Virus record (IMG/VR): IMGVR_UViG_3300032579_000020
Span: 1-52,751 of that record
Reading direction: 5' to 3' (one strand)
Origin: a virus
Taxonomy: Duplodnaviria; Caudoviricetes
DNA length: 52,751 bases
The notes beneath the pieces were generated by a model. It ran no database searches. It was not told where the DNA came from and saw only the letters and a list, made by a program, of their open reading frames with translations. Below are positions 43,124-52,751 of the stretch, piece by piece. The stretch's first letter is position 1; every line of letters begins with the position of its first letter. The translations under genes and the position numbers were made by a program.

Positions 43124-44560
43124 TTATTTACCGGATAGAGCCTTTTGCAGGTCGGCATCATTCTTCAGCGCATCTGGATTGTTCTTGTTGGCAATCATCA
43201 TAGCCTGTGCAACGCTATATATAGGGTGCTTCTTGTAAGTATCACCATTCAGCGGTGTCTTCGTCTGCTCTGTAAATTTATGCTCTTTAGGCAACTTCAT
43301 AATTCGATTAGCCAGCGCAAGAACGTCGGCGTCATTTAGCGACGCCTTATCGGCTTCCTTGCCCTTGAGATAGTCCATTGTTTGCTTCATGGCTGCGGCT
43401 TCAACAATTTTGTTGTTCTGACCCTTAGGCTGCATATTCGCAGCGGCGATACCTTCGTTCTTCAGGTGGCCGCGAGCCATCTCCTGACCGAACTGCTGGT
43501 TCTTCATTTGGTCGAGCTTCATGCCGTACTGGTCTGCTGAGTTGATTGGCCCTGCCTTGTCGTTCCAAGTGCGATGGGCGCTAAGACCACCGGCCCCCTG
43601 ATTGAACTGTTCCCAAGAAGGTGAGGCCGATTTAGACTGTGCAAGCCAGTTGACGTCAGACTTCTCGTTTCGAGCGCCATTAGCAAGCTGCTGTTGAAGC
43701 TGTTCGTATGTCTGACCAGTCGCCTGCGCCGGTGGAACGTTTGTGAACCCAAAGCCATTAGCGCCGTTCTGGCCAGCGGTAAAACCTCTAACACTACCTC
43801 CGCCAGTCTTTGCGCGCTGCAATGCCTGCTGGTAAGCAGCTTGAGCGTCATGAGACATGGAGCGAGGGTCTTGTGCGAATGGTCGGCTGTTAGTTACATC
43901 ACCATAGCCAGTCGACCCGATCTGATTCCCGGTAGGTCCATTGACGGTGCTGTAATCGTTCTGTCCGCCATGAGCATAGTATGCGTGGCGATCATTCAGA
44001 GTACCATACATTGTCTTGTTCTGAGCTGTAGTAGAACTGCCGATCTGAGGGCCAAGTTGACCATACGCCGTGATGTTTGATTGAATTGGAAGCTGCTTTG
44101 CCTGCTGCTGCTGTGACGTATTTTGCCAAATAGGTTGCTGTACGCTATCGGTTGTAATCTTGGCCGCCTGAGCATCGCCAAAGAGTGAGCTACGTGCAGC
44201 ACCGGCTAGTCCATTTGCCATCCAGTTCAACCCGCCAGCAATTCCGCCGTTCTGCGGCGTGAACTTATCAATACCAACAGCACGACCGAAGCGACCAAAG
44301 GCACCTTGGTCAGACCAGAATGGAGCGCCTCCATTCTGCGGTTCGGCAGGTAGTACTTGCCGAGAATTGCTCTGAGGAAACATATTGATAGATTGAGCAG
44401 GTTGCTGCTGACCAGCAGCAGAGTAGGCTGCGCCTGAATTTGTTAGGGTAGCTGGCTTATTGGCAGCCATCCACTTCTCGTATTCGTCACCAGCAATGTT
44501 GTTATTCATGCCAGCGCCGTAGTTCCAACCAGCCTGCGAAGCGTAAGGGTTATCAGCCAT
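43124..44560 (-). CDS. Putative internal virion / DNA ejection protein
   Basis: Q/G/N/A-rich low-complexity protein preceding the giant gene. Confidence 0.55.
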   Translation of the reverse strand: MADNPYASQAGWNYGAGMNNNIAGDEYEKWMAANKPATLTNSGAAYSAAGQQQPAQSINMFPQSNSRQVLPAEPQNGGAPFWSDQGAFGRFGRAVGIDKFTPQNGGIAGGLNWMANGLAGAARSSLFGDAQAAKITTDSVQQPIWQNTSQQQQAKQLPIQSNITAYGQLGPQIGSSTTAQNKTMYGTLNDRHAYYAHGGQNDYSTVNGPTGNQIGSTGYGDVTNSRPFAQDPRSMSHDAQAAYQQALQRAKTGGGSVRGFTAGQNGANGFGFTNVPPAQATGQTYEQLQQQLANGARNEKSDVNWLAQSKSASPSWEQFNQGAGGLSAHRTWNDKAGPINSADQYGMKLDQMKNQQFGQEMARGHLKNEGIAAANMQPKGQNNKIVEAAAMKQTMDYLKGKEADKASLNDADVLALANRIMKLPKEHKFTEQTKTPLNGDTYKKHPIYSVAQAMMIANKNNPDALKNDADLQKALSGK

Positions 44561-44584
44561 GTGTCACCATTCCTATCTGTGTAA

Positions 44585-44613
44585 ATTGTAGCAGTGTTAT
44601 AGAACTAAATCAA
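44585..44613 (-). promoter_or_regulatory. Sigma70-type promoter for the ejection-protein genes
   Basis: TTGATT-17 nt-TACAAT with TGn. Confidence 0.6.
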
Positions 44614-44616
44614 GTA

Positions 44617-45264
44617 TCAAGCGCTTCCGGCAATGAAGAACGTTCCAAAGTTTAGATTTATGTTATTAGACGTAAGCGTATATCCTGATGTTAGGTCGCC
44701 TTCAAGCGATACAGCAGAAACAACTTCACCGAAGTTCCAGCTATACCCGAGGATATTTCCGTCATAGTACCACTCTTCTAAAGTCACCTTGCCAGATGTA
44801 ATTACAACGTGGCCTAGTGTGACGTATACGTGATCGTCGTCGTCAGCTTGATCTGTTTCATTAGTTGTGTTCTCAACATAGCAAGACCCGGCACTCCCGC
44901 CGTTATCAAGCTGTGCGTAAATCCAGTTTCCACCCTCAGACAAGGAAAGATTGTCCGTGCCAGAGATAAGGATTGCCGTACGAGAGTGGCCTATTGTTCC
45001 GCCGTCTTCAAGGGTGAACGCAGTGACCGTTACCATGATATTCGGAATCAACGATACGCCTGTAACATTAGTGCCTGTATAGATGTACTTGTCGAAGCAT
45101 CCAACCTTCTTAACTTGAGTATCTGGAGTTGTCTCTGCGTGAAACCCTTCTCCGTATGTAGACACGTCACCTTGATCTTCCATTGCAGACGTGTTCTGCA
45201 TTGCTGTCTGGATGGCAAAGTTTGCAGCTTCTAATGCCTGCTGTGGAGTTGTGTTTGTTTGCAT
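44617..45264 (-). CDS. Putative tail protein
   Basis: Acidic, beta-rich 215 aa ORF in the structural module. Confidence 0.55.
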   Translation of the reverse strand: MQTNTTPQQALEAANFAIQTAMQNTSAMEDQGDVSTYGEGFHAETTPDTQVKKVGCFDKYIYTGTNVTGVSLIPNIMVTVTAFTLEDGGTIGHSRTAILISGTDNLSLSEGGNWIYAQLDNGGSAGSCYVENTTNETDQADDDDHVYVTLGHVVITSGKVTLEEWYYDGNILGYSWNFGEVVSAVSLEGDLTSGYTLTSNNINLNFGTFFIAGSA

Positions 45265-45265
45265 A

Positions 45266-47242
45266 TTAAATCTTTGTAGGCTGACCGGTGATTGTCATAA
45301 ACGTGGCGCGGAAGTGCCTGCCGCCGTTGATTGATTCAATCCTAGTGTTACCACTTCCCGAGCAGAATGCAGAAGCGTCAGCCAGAGAGTTCGTCTGCTT
45401 TAGTCCGCAGGTTACATTTACGCGCCAAGACACGCCACCTACAGTGTAATCCTTCGTTGCCATCCAGTTTGTCTCGCAGTTGCCCCAATTAGTAGCTGGT
45501 GGAGTGGGATAGCGCGGCGGCGTAGCGTATAGCCTAGCTGACCACAGCCCGTTAAACTTTGTAGGAGTCAACTGAACTGTGTTTAATAGAGCGCCAGCGT
45601 ATCCAGTTGTATCTGCAATCGCCGCCTCAACGTCGGTAATGGAGTACCCGTCCATCGTGCGAACGTAAGCTGTGCCATACTGCTCGGCGTGGGAAATCCA
45701 GCCACTATCAAGTGGAACTGCTGTCGAGGTCTCAACCTCATTGTCATACAGGCCAAACTCGTTCTTGTCAGAGATTACCCTGACTGCTGTTCCGGCTGAA
45801 GCTGTGGTTGGTGCAGTAGTAGCGGCGGATTGGTTTCTGTCCTCTGCGAGTACGATCTTCTCTGTACTATCAATGGTGGTTGATGTCTTAACTGATGCAA
45901 CCGGATTGGCCGTGATAGTGGCAACCTCGTTATCGAACCGCTGGAACTCATTCTCTGTAGACATCTGCTTGATGATTGTACCAGCCGAGAACGCAGGCAA
46001 ATCTGGCCTAGTCTCCGAGTTCTTGCTTTTATTTACAGCGATTGACTGGAACAGGTCTGTCTTTAGGAAGCCGCTATGGTTGCTCTGCTCCTGCACAGCA
46101 ATAGTGTTGGCGTCTTTCTCTTCCTTGGTATTGTCGAAGATGCCGAACTCATTCTTCTTGGAAGATGTTGTGACTATCTTGCCGGGTGTTTGCTCAGACT
46201 CCTGAGTTAGAGCTGCTGTACTATTCCTATCTTCAACAACTGTTGAAGTTTGGAACGCCTCGATTGTCTTGGTGCTTGTAGCGCCAGTAACGGCGATTGC
46301 CGTCTTAATCTCTGTGGTGTTATCAAATACGCCAGATTCAGTTCTCTTGTAAGATGCACTCTCGATAGAGCCAGCAGTTTGTGTTGTTACCATGCCTACA
46401 GCGTTCTGCACGTTGCGATCTGTAACAGACGCAGTAGAGTCGAAGGCTGTTGCAGAGGAAGACTTATCTGCACCGTCAACCTCTTGAGCTACGGACTTCT
46501 CAATAGTGACGTTGTATAGGCTTGTCTCAGCCTCCCACGATACAGTCTTCTTGTACGTAAAGCCTGGTGCCCAATTATAACCACCTACCCCTATGATGAG
46601 TCCAGATGCTTCGGGGTCAACAACCTGAAAGTAGTAGTCAGTGAATACGTCATTATAGATATCAATGGATGTCTCGACATCTACTTGAGACAGATTAATT
46701 CCTTCTTTGGCGCAGTACAGTAGGCAGATAGCCGAGCCGTCGTCATCTTGCACCATGCGAACGCGAACGCACTTCCAAGTTCCTTCAAACTTTCCGATGT
46801 TTGTTACTTGGTTGGTGAACTCCGTTGGAGCAGTGGCAACGAAAGCCTGAACCTGAGTGGGGTCAACATGACGGTGGCGGAGGATTGAGAACTTAATGTC
46901 TGAGTCTAGGCGGGATGGTGTTCCAAGCTCAACACGCGTCCAGTCCCACGCTGAATACAGCGAGAACCGATAGTGCGCCTGAACCTTACACCCTTCCTCG
47001 TCCTTTAGCCAGTCAAGTTTGGAGAACCGCCACGTACCGGACAGCTTGTTAAACCCAACAGTCACGTCGTGGATTACAAGCAGCTTGGATTCAAGGTAAG
47101 CGCGGCACTCTTCAGATGCTCCGGTTGGAATCTGAGACCATTCGATTATAGCTGTACGGTCTTTGTATAGCGGCGCTCCGCCATCCTTGACGAGTATAGC
47201 CCTCTCGAACTTGAGTAGACCGTCCAGATCGAAGTCGCTCAT
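45266..47242 (-). CDS. Putative tail protein with internal repeats
   Basis: Repeats of the form DRN...AG.I.....NEFG.(F/Y)DN. Confidence 0.6.
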   Translation of the reverse strand: MSDFDLDGLLKFERAILVKDGGAPLYKDRTAIIEWSQIPTGASEECRAYLESKLLVIHDVTVGFNKLSGTWRFSKLDWLKDEEGCKVQAHYRFSLYSAWDWTRVELGTPSRLDSDIKFSILRHRHVDPTQVQAFVATAPTEFTNQVTNIGKFEGTWKCVRVRMVQDDDGSAICLLYCAKEGINLSQVDVETSIDIYNDVFTDYYFQVVDPEASGLIIGVGGYNWAPGFTYKKTVSWEAETSLYNVTIEKSVAQEVDGADKSSSATAFDSTASVTDRNVQNAVGMVTTQTAGSIESASYKRTESGVFDNTTEIKTAIAVTGATSTKTIEAFQTSTVVEDRNSTAALTQESEQTPGKIVTTSSKKNEFGIFDNTKEEKDANTIAVQEQSNHSGFLKTDLFQSIAVNKSKNSETRPDLPAFSAGTIIKQMSTENEFQRFDNEVATITANPVASVKTSTTIDSTEKIVLAEDRNQSAATTAPTTASAGTAVRVISDKNEFGLYDNEVETSTAVPLDSGWISHAEQYGTAYVRTMDGYSITDVEAAIADTTGYAGALLNTVQLTPTKFNGLWSARLYATPPRYPTPPATNWGNCETNWMATKDYTVGGVSWRVNVTCGLKQTNSLADASAFCSGSGNTRIESINGGRHFRATFMTITGQPTKI

Positions 47243-47245
47243 AGA

Positions 47246-47695
47246 TTATCCAAAGTTTGCTGGTTCAATAGGGCCGTTGACAGCGCCGGGGCGATGATAG
47301 AACGGGTTGAAGTCGCCTTCTGGATAGTTCATAAGCGGATACTTATGATTGCCTAGGCGACCATACACCGGCTGTTCCTGCATCGCGGCAGTATGAGAAC
47401 TCTTCAGTGCCTTCTGGTAGAACGGGAGCGACTCACGCTTGTTCTGGTGCGTCCACTCAAAGCATGAAGTAAGATAGTGGTCAAGACCTTCTTGAAAGGT
47501 ATTGAAGTGCTGCGGATTAATATCGAGCGAGTCTGTAGTCTCTACTGCGTTAGGCATAGCCTGCTGTAGATTGGTGGTCAAGTCGTTGATAACCATGTTA
47601 AAAGCCATGATGAAGTCATCGTGGAATTTCTGGTTGGCGGTTGACACGCCGAAGTTACGTATCTTGTTGTTGAACAGAGCCTCGACACTAATCAT
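47246..47695 (-). CDS. Putative head-tail adaptor
   Basis: 149 aa helical protein downstream of the capsid genes; AGGAG RBS. Confidence 0.5.
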   Translation of the reverse strand: MISVEALFNNKIRNFGVSTANQKFHDDFIMAFNMVINDLTTNLQQAMPNAVETTDSLDINPQHFNTFQEGLDHYLTSCFEWTHQNKRESLPFYQKALKSSHTAAMQEQPVYGRLGNHKYPLMNYPEGDFNPFYHRPGAVNGPIEPANFG

Positions 47696-47711
47696 GTAAG
47701 CTCCTTAAAGG

Positions 47712-47735
47712 GTGGTGGGTTTTATGCTTCCCCAC
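47712..47735 (-). terminator. Intergenic hairpin (terminator or processing site)
   Basis: TGGTGGG-AAGCATAAAA-CCCACCA with a weak U-tract. Confidence 0.4.
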
Positions 47736-47743
47736 CAGAAGAA

Positions 47744-48091
47744 TTAGCCAGCGGAAACCTGCAACGCAGTACCAGTCAAGAACAACTGACCAGCTACGTG
47801 CGGGTCTGCCGCAGGGATAGCGCCAGTAAGCTTTACAGTAGCGTTAGACAGCGTAACAGCGCCGGATGCGGTAACTGCGGCAAGCGTAGTCGCGCCAGTA
47901 ACAGCAAGCGTGCCGCCAACGGTCTCGTTGGTAGTAACTGCGAGGGCTGCTGGCATGGTTACATTGCCAGTAGAACTAACCTGGCTAGCAGCGGTGATAG
48001 CACCAGCAACGATCAAGTTGCCAGCGTCATCAACGCTAATAGCCTCGGTGGCATTGTCTGCCTGAATCAATTTCCAAATCTTATTGGACAT
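47744..48091 (-). CDS. Putative head fibre/decoration protein
   Basis: VGGTLAVTGATTL beta repeats; C-terminal PAADPHVAGQLF....LQVSAG. Confidence 0.6.
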   Translation of the reverse strand: MSNKIWKLIQADNATEAISVDDAGNLIVAGAITAASQVSSTGNVTMPAALAVTTNETVGGTLAVTGATTLAAVTASGAVTLSNATVKLTGAIPAADPHVAGQLFLTGTALQVSAG

Positions 48092-48108
48092 TTAGGCTCC
48101 TAAGTTAA

Positions 48109-48137
48109 GGGGAGCAGGGTTTGACCCTGAACTCCCC
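48109..48137 (-). terminator. Hairpin after the major capsid gene
   Basis: GGGGAG-TT-CAGGGT-CAA-ACCCTG-CTCCCC-TT. Confidence 0.5.
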
Positions 48138-48145
48138 GATGTTGG

Positions 48146-49123
48146 TTAGCCGATGATACCGGCGCGGAGAATGGTCGGACGACCACAACCCACACCCATA
48201 GCAAACCGGACACGCTGCCGGACAATATCCGGGCCATCGTTCCAAGTCTCGATGGACGGACGCACGCGCCACAGGAATTGCAGCTCGTTGTCAGAACTCT
48301 TCGGGTCGCCCGCCCAATAGAAGATGTACGGGCTGGTCAGATGGTTGTATACCTGATACTCGAACCGACCACGGAAGAAGTTCGCAGCATTCATGGCATC
48401 CGTTGGGCGAAGATCGCTCTTGAGGATTGTCCAGATCGCCTGCTCGTCAATAGGACGAACGATGATCTTCTTCATGGTCAGAGGACTGAGCTTATCACGC
48501 TCATCACGGTTGGTGGCAAAGTTGATTGCCGCAGCGTACAACGAGGTCGGTGTAATCGCCGAGGTAGCTTCAACATTGCTCCAAGTACCGGCAGGAGCAT
48601 AAGCGTTAGGACGGCCAGAGTCAATCAGGTACATACCGTCTTCGCAAACGAACGGGGCACCAGAAGTGCCGAGCGCACGGTTGAACACGTCTGCCATAAC
48701 CAGCTCAACGGTATCCGTGGCAGACCGCAGGAGTTCCTGCTGCTTGTCATTGATCGAACCGTAGAGTTCAAGTTCCTGCAACTCGCGCTCAACAGCGATG
48801 CCGCCACGGAAGACGTTCGTGGTGATGCCGTAACCGAAGCCAAGACCCTTCTCGTCATACGGGAGCATATCCACGTCACGGTTCTGAGACACAAGGCCCA
48901 TGCCGAAGTGACTCTGGAACTTCATCGTCTGGTGGTCGGTATTGCGGACACGGAAGTACTGGTCGCCCTGCATGGGCATTTCCCAGCGCCGTTTGAAAAC
49001 TTCGTCCAGACCTTTCTGAAGGACTGCACCGAAATTATCCTTAACCAGCACGCCTGGGTGCGAGGCTGAAACGCTGCGCGCACCATGCACCAGCGGTGTA
49101 TTACCAAGATCAACAGTACTCAT
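48146..49123 (-). CDS. Major capsid protein (HK97 fold, Mu gpT-like)
   Basis: 325 aa after scaffold and cement genes; A.VFN.A......DG..L....., N...G..E..V...LT, R.RF..G motifs; strongly biased codons. Confidence 0.8.
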   Translation of the reverse strand: MSTVDLGNTPLVHGARSVSASHPGVLVKDNFGAVLQKGLDEVFKRRWEMPMQGDQYFRVRNTDHQTMKFQSHFGMGLVSQNRDVDMLPYDEKGLGFGYGITTNVFRGGIAVERELQELELYGSINDKQQELLRSATDTVELVMADVFNRALGTSGAPFVCEDGMYLIDSGRPNAYAPAGTWSNVEATSAITPTSLYAAAINFATNRDERDKLSPLTMKKIIVRPIDEQAIWTILKSDLRPTDAMNAANFFRGRFEYQVYNHLTSPYIFYWAGDPKSSDNELQFLWRVRPSIETWNDGPDIVRQRVRFAMGVGCGRPTILRAGIIG

Positions 49124-49674
49124 TATGCAGCCCTCCCGTCAAGAATCGCACGGCTAAACTTCACATCAACAAGACCGTTGATGATAGAAGCGCCAAGTGC
49201 AACATCCGCGGCGTTGCTATTAGACGGCTTACGGGCGATGGTCGCCACGCCGTTCGTGGTGGTGGTGATAACATTCCAGTTACCGTTAGTACCCTTGACG
49301 AGCACATAAGTACTGCCGACTGCGAAGTTGGACGGCACGGAGTTGGTATCCGTAGCATCATAAACCTGCAAGCGAACAATCGTATTGTGGTCGAACAGTG
49401 TAACAGCGACAGGGGTCGTGGTGCTTGGTGCTGTATAATCCTTGAGAATCATACCATGAACCGCGCCTGCCGTGGTGCTATCAACCGCAGCGGGCTTCAC
49501 TGTGCCAGCAGTAGTAATACGGATAAGATCGCCAGCGGAAAAACTATCGCTGCCGTTACCCATATAATCCAAGTCGTTGATGAGAATGTCATCATCGGCC
49601 GGGAAGATTACTCTTGGCGTAAGTGACTTTGCAGCATAGCTGACGCCATGCACAAACACTTCTGTATTAGCCAT
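49123..49674 (-). CDS. Capsid cement/decoration protein
   Basis: FSAGDLI....G.V..A......HGMIL motif; TAATG-coupled to the major capsid gene. Confidence 0.6.
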   Translation of the reverse strand: MANTEVFVHGVSYAAKSLTPRVIFPADDDILINDLDYMGNGSDSFSAGDLIRITTAGTVKPAAVDSTTAGAVHGMILKDYTAPSTTTPVAVTLFDHNTIVRLQVYDATDTNSVPSNFAVGSTYVLVKGTNGNWNVITTTTNGVATIARKPSNSNAADVALGASIINGLVDVKFSRAILDGRAA

Positions 49675-49686
49675 TTTCGTTCCTTA

Positions 49687-50091
49687 TTAAACTTCGAGCG
49701 GCTTGACCTTATCAAGACCCGAAGTGGGTTTCTTTGGATTCCTTGTTACAGTCAGGTTTTCATTCGAAACCACTGTAGACAGTTGTTCCTCGCTCTGCTT
49801 GGATTCAGCAGCGCGCTGGGCATCCCATTCTTTACGCGGGACACGAACAACCGGGTCTCCCTTGTGGTGCGCTACGCCTCCCTTGATGTTCACAAACTCC
49901 TGCCGCTTTGCCGCCATCTCCCATTCGGAGGTTTCAGGCGCGGCATACATATGAACATACTCAGGATTTTCGTCGTTGAACTTTTTGAGAATTGCAGCCC
50001 GTTCTAGGTGTTGCTCGCACACCACAATCACTTCGGGCGCTGGCTTGCGAACAGCCGGAACATCAGTATCGAGTACAGTATTTTTAGCCAT
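49687..50091 (-). CDS. Hypothetical head-module protein
   Basis: 134 aa ORF between scaffold and cement genes. Confidence 0.65.
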   Translation of the reverse strand: MAKNTVLDTDVPAVRKPAPEVIVVCEQHLERAAILKKFNDENPEYVHMYAAPETSEWEMAAKRQEFVNIKGGVAHHKGDPVVRVPRKEWDAQRAAESKQSEEQLSTVVSNENLTVTRNPKKPTSGLDKVKPLEV

Positions 50092-50102
50092 TGTCTTATC
50101 CG

Positions 50103-50759
50103 TTATTTCTTAGGTTTCATGTCTAGGTCGGGATAGAGCTTGCTCCATAGGTCGCTCTTTGTAACGTCGTCAGACTTGTTCTGAACTGTACGTTGCCCAC
50201 CGGGCGCACCGCGGTATGACTGCCGAGGCGCACTCTTCTTCGCCATAATCACAAGCTGCTGGTCCGAGAAACCCTGTAGGTCAGGGTCTTTGCGGAACTC
50301 AGCGATCTTGTCTTTGAACGCGATCACTTCAGGATTAGACTTTCCAATCTGCTCCTGATAGAAGCGATCACGCGCTTCAAGAACACTTGCGAACTGACTC
50401 TGCTGCTCTGCTAGCTTCTGTTTCATCAGACCTAGAATAGCAGAAGGGTCATCCCTAAGCTTCGCGGCGATGCTCTCGTCATCAAGAACATCCTTAACAA
50501 CAGGCTGGTTCTGCTGAGTAAGCACGGACATCTGGCCTTTAACTTCAGCCAACTGCCGTGATACCTCATGGAACTCTCGCTGACGCTCCTGTAGAGCCTT
50601 CTCTGTATCAGCTAGCCTTTTCTCTTGAATCGAGGGAGTGTCTTTCGACGCCTCTTCTTCTTGAGTATCCTCTACAACTTCAACTTCATCTGATGGGGAA
50701 GTAGCGGAATCCTTTTCAGGCGCTTCAACTTCCGAGTCATCATTCTCGTCTCGCATCAC
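50103..50759 (-). CDS. Putative capsid scaffolding protein
   Basis: Acidic N-terminus and coiled coil (EKRLADTEKALQERQRE); AGGAG RBS; position after portal. Confidence 0.65.
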   Translation of the reverse strand: MMRDENDDSEVEAPEKDSATSPSDEVEVVEDTQEEEASKDTPSIQEKRLADTEKALQERQREFHEVSRQLAEVKGQMSVLTQQNQPVVKDVLDDESIAAKLRDDPSAILGLMKQKLAEQQSQFASVLEARDRFYQEQIGKSNPEVIAFKDKIAEFRKDPDLQGFSDQQLVIMAKKSAPRQSYRGAPGGQRTVQNKSDDVTKSDLWSKLYPDLDMKPKK

Positions 50760-50783
50760 TATCTCCTGTGTAACTGGTTATAT

Positions 50784-51068
50784 TTAACCATTTTGCGGAA
50801 GCGAAGTCAATTCATTTTCTTGACCAGCTTCTAGCGTTGACTTAACTTGAGCAGAAAGACTAACGACCTTGAGCAACTCAAGCCTCGCGTATCTATACTG
50901 TTCATCCATTGTGTCTTCCTTGATTATCTTGTCTTCAAGCATATTGATACGACCCCAAATCAATGGTAGCACGTACCGCTTGAATGGTTCGGAAGAAAGT
51001 GTGTCATACGAGTTCAGCAAGAACTGCCTATCGTAATCCTCTAAAGTGTTGTAGCGCTTCTCGTTCAC
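50784..51068 (-). CDS. Hypothetical protein downstream of portal
   Basis: GTGA coupling to the portal stop. Confidence 0.65.
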   Translation of the reverse strand: MNEKRYNTLEDYDRQFLLNSYDTLSSEPFKRYVLPLIWGRINMLEDKIIKEDTMDEQYRYARLELLKVVSLSAQVKSTLEAGQENELTSLPQNG

Positions 51069-52751
51069 GCGCCACCGCCCATAGCACCAGCGATAGCGTT
51101 GCCGCTAACCTGACCGGCGGTTTGGTTGCCAGAAGCGCCCTGCTGCTGCGCCTGAGCCTGAGCGGAAGCAGCTTCCATCTGCTGCATGAGGAACTCTGTC
51201 TCTGCGATGTGGTGGTCCAGCAGAGTAACCTGAGGCATCTGTTCCTCGATACCATTGTAGCGCAGGCGCTCACCCTTATGTTCCGCAAGGTGGACGCCGT
51301 GGTTCTGGTTGGGCTGCGGGCGAACGTAGATGCCACCGAGCAGTGAAGTGTTCTCGTTGCGAGCAACAACCTCTGCGTCCTTATCTACACGGCCTGTAAC
51401 GATCTTGCCGTAGTCGAACTTGTATCGTTTGAACCAAGCGCGAGCCAGTTCAGACACATCAATAACCTGCAAGAACGCAGGGTTCTGGCCGAACGTTCGG
51501 ATGGCCTCATTGATCTTCTGTGACTCGACAACATCATCCTCGAACTCGTCAACGATGTCAACCTCTACGTCGAACTCGCCATAGATTGTCGAAGGACGAA
51601 TAACGCTGGTCTGCTGTTCGCCGGTAATGCGGACAACCTGTAGCGGGTCTGAGAAGTTCTGCCAGTAGCTCTTGAGCTTCTTGGCATAGAATCCAAGGTA
51701 CTGCTCAAGGATGTAGCGAATAGAAATCATGTGCGGCTGAACAGAGTTCTTATACGTGTTAGAAGCCTCAGTTGCCGACGTGCGTGCGCCGAAACTCTCG
51801 CCCATGAACGGCTTGTCAGTAGCAAGCGCAGACATCGTATCGTCACGGATGTAGTTAAGGAAGTTGGTGGTAATCTGCGTAGTATCGCGGATTTGGAACT
51901 CTTCTAGAGAATTCTGACTATCGCAGATGAACACCTTACCGGGAGTGAACTCAAACTTCTTACCGCGCACCTGACCCTCAAGCATCTTGAGCGGAGGGCG
52001 ATTAACAAGAGTGCAGTTATCAATAGCCTGATTCTTTAGCGTGCATTCGACGGAGTAGTTAGACCTGATGATCTGAGCTGGTGAAGTGTGATACAGGATG
52101 TCAGGGTCGTCAGGTAGACAGTGAATCATCTCAACAGGGAATTCACCATCAGGGTCAGAGTTCTCTTCTAGTCGGATGCACAGAGAGTTGTTAATGTCAT
52201 TGCCTACGAAAGTGCCCCACCAAATATTTGGCTGGTTCTTTGTATCCCATGTGCCGTTCTCAATAGGAGAGCGCATGAATACATCCCACACAAGGAACTG
52301 ACCAGTATAGGAATCCCCAGCTAGTGCCTCATTATTGGCAAGCTTGAACCGCGTAAGAGGTTCTCCGCTAACGCCATCCCACCGATACTTACCCCACAGT
52401 TCAGTGCCAGCCAAAGACTGCACCGCTTCTGCGTCATAGTACGAAGCGCGTGCGCCATCCAAAAGCTCAGAGTAGTTCTTCAGGCCGGGGATAACAATGC
52501 AGTTCTGTCCCTGAATACTACCGATATACATATCAGCGTACAGTGTTTCAGTAGGAAGAATGCGAACGGAGGGATAGTTGTCTACTGTGAACTCCTGCTC
52601 GTATTCCTTAAAGCCAACAATCTGAGCCTCAATCTCGCCAGTGGCCTGATTCTGCATCGGCTGAATAACGGGTTCGCGTACCTTTCGCTTGCCCTTCTTT
52701 ACGATCTGCTCCGCCATGATCGGCACGTTACCGATCTTGAAAATCTGGTGC
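51065..52751 (-). CDS. Portal protein, C-terminal part
   Basis: NQAIDNCTLVNRP, RTSATEA, GEFDVEV motifs and a Q-rich tail; continues from 1..603. Confidence 0.8.
   Translation of the reverse strand, partial: HQIFKIGNVPIMAEQIVKKGKRKVREPVIQPMQNQATGEIEAQIVGFKEYEQEFTVDNYPSVRILPTETLYADMYIGSIQGQNCIVIPGLKNYSELLDGARASYYDAEAVQSLAGTELWGKYRWDGVSGEPLTRFKLANNEALAGDSYTGQFLVWDVFMRSPIENGTWDTKNQPNIWWGTFVGNDINNSLCIRLEENSDPDGEFPVEMIHCLPDDPDILYHTSPAQIIRSNYSVECTLKNQAIDNCTLVNRPPLKMLEGQVRGKKFEFTPGKVFICDSQNSLEEFQIRDTTQITTNFLNYIRDDTMSALATDKPFMGESFGARTSATEASNTYKNSVQPHMISIRYILEQYLGFYAKKLKSYWQNFSDPLQVVRITGEQQTSVIRPSTIYGEFDVEVDIVDEFEDDVVESQKINEAIRTFGQNPAFLQVIDVSELARAWFKRYKFDYGKIVTGRVDKDAEVVARNENTSLLGGIYVRPQPNQNHGVHLAEHKGERLRYNGIEEQMPQVTLLDHHIAETEFLMQQMEAASAQAQAQQQGASGNQTAGQVSGNAIAGAMGGGA
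52625..52751. repeat. Terminal direct repeat, copy 2
   Basis: Identical to 1..127. Confidence 0.97.

Noticed and set aside
48278-49069. 263-aa plus-strand ORF opposite the capsid gene, and similar antisense ORFs over TerL and the 2075-aa gene
   Set aside because: These are antisense shadows produced by codon bias of the real genes; they have no RBS or recognisable motifs.

Overview
The window is a complete, circularly assembled genome of a tailed dsDNA phage. Bases 1-127 are repeated exactly at 52625-52751, giving a unit length of 52,624 bp, and the portal gene runs across the join. The layout is podovirus-like. A minus-strand packaging/virion arm (about 32.0-52.7 kb, continuing 1-5.5 kb) carries a putative TerS, an LmbU-like protein, a NinG-like HNH, TerL, a GIY-YIG nuclease, a GroES-like co-chaperonin, portal, scaffold, major capsid, tail and ejection proteins and lysis-type genes. 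A plus-strand early/middle arm (about 5.9-32 kb) carries many small Zn-finger and membrane peptides, a phiEco32-type amidoligase/COOH-NH2 ligase/GATase/ATP-grasp/GGCT cluster, an HTH replication initiator with an internal origin, DnaB, an SSB candidate, exonucleases and NTP-pyrophosphatase-like genes. I saw no integrase, repressor, DNA polymerase, primase, RNA polymerase or reverse transcriptase. The most unusual content is RNA. A canonical tRNA-Arg-type gene is split at its anticodon loop by a roughly 600 bp cassette that holds an antisense HNH nuclease with its own promoter and an intact tRNA-Arg(CCU) whose D-arm strands are rearranged (a non-circular permutation). There are also two tRNA-like elements without a normal anticodon loop, a hammerhead ribozyme, and several long, densely base-paired non-coding tracts. 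All protein calls come from motif recognition by eye; no database searches were run.
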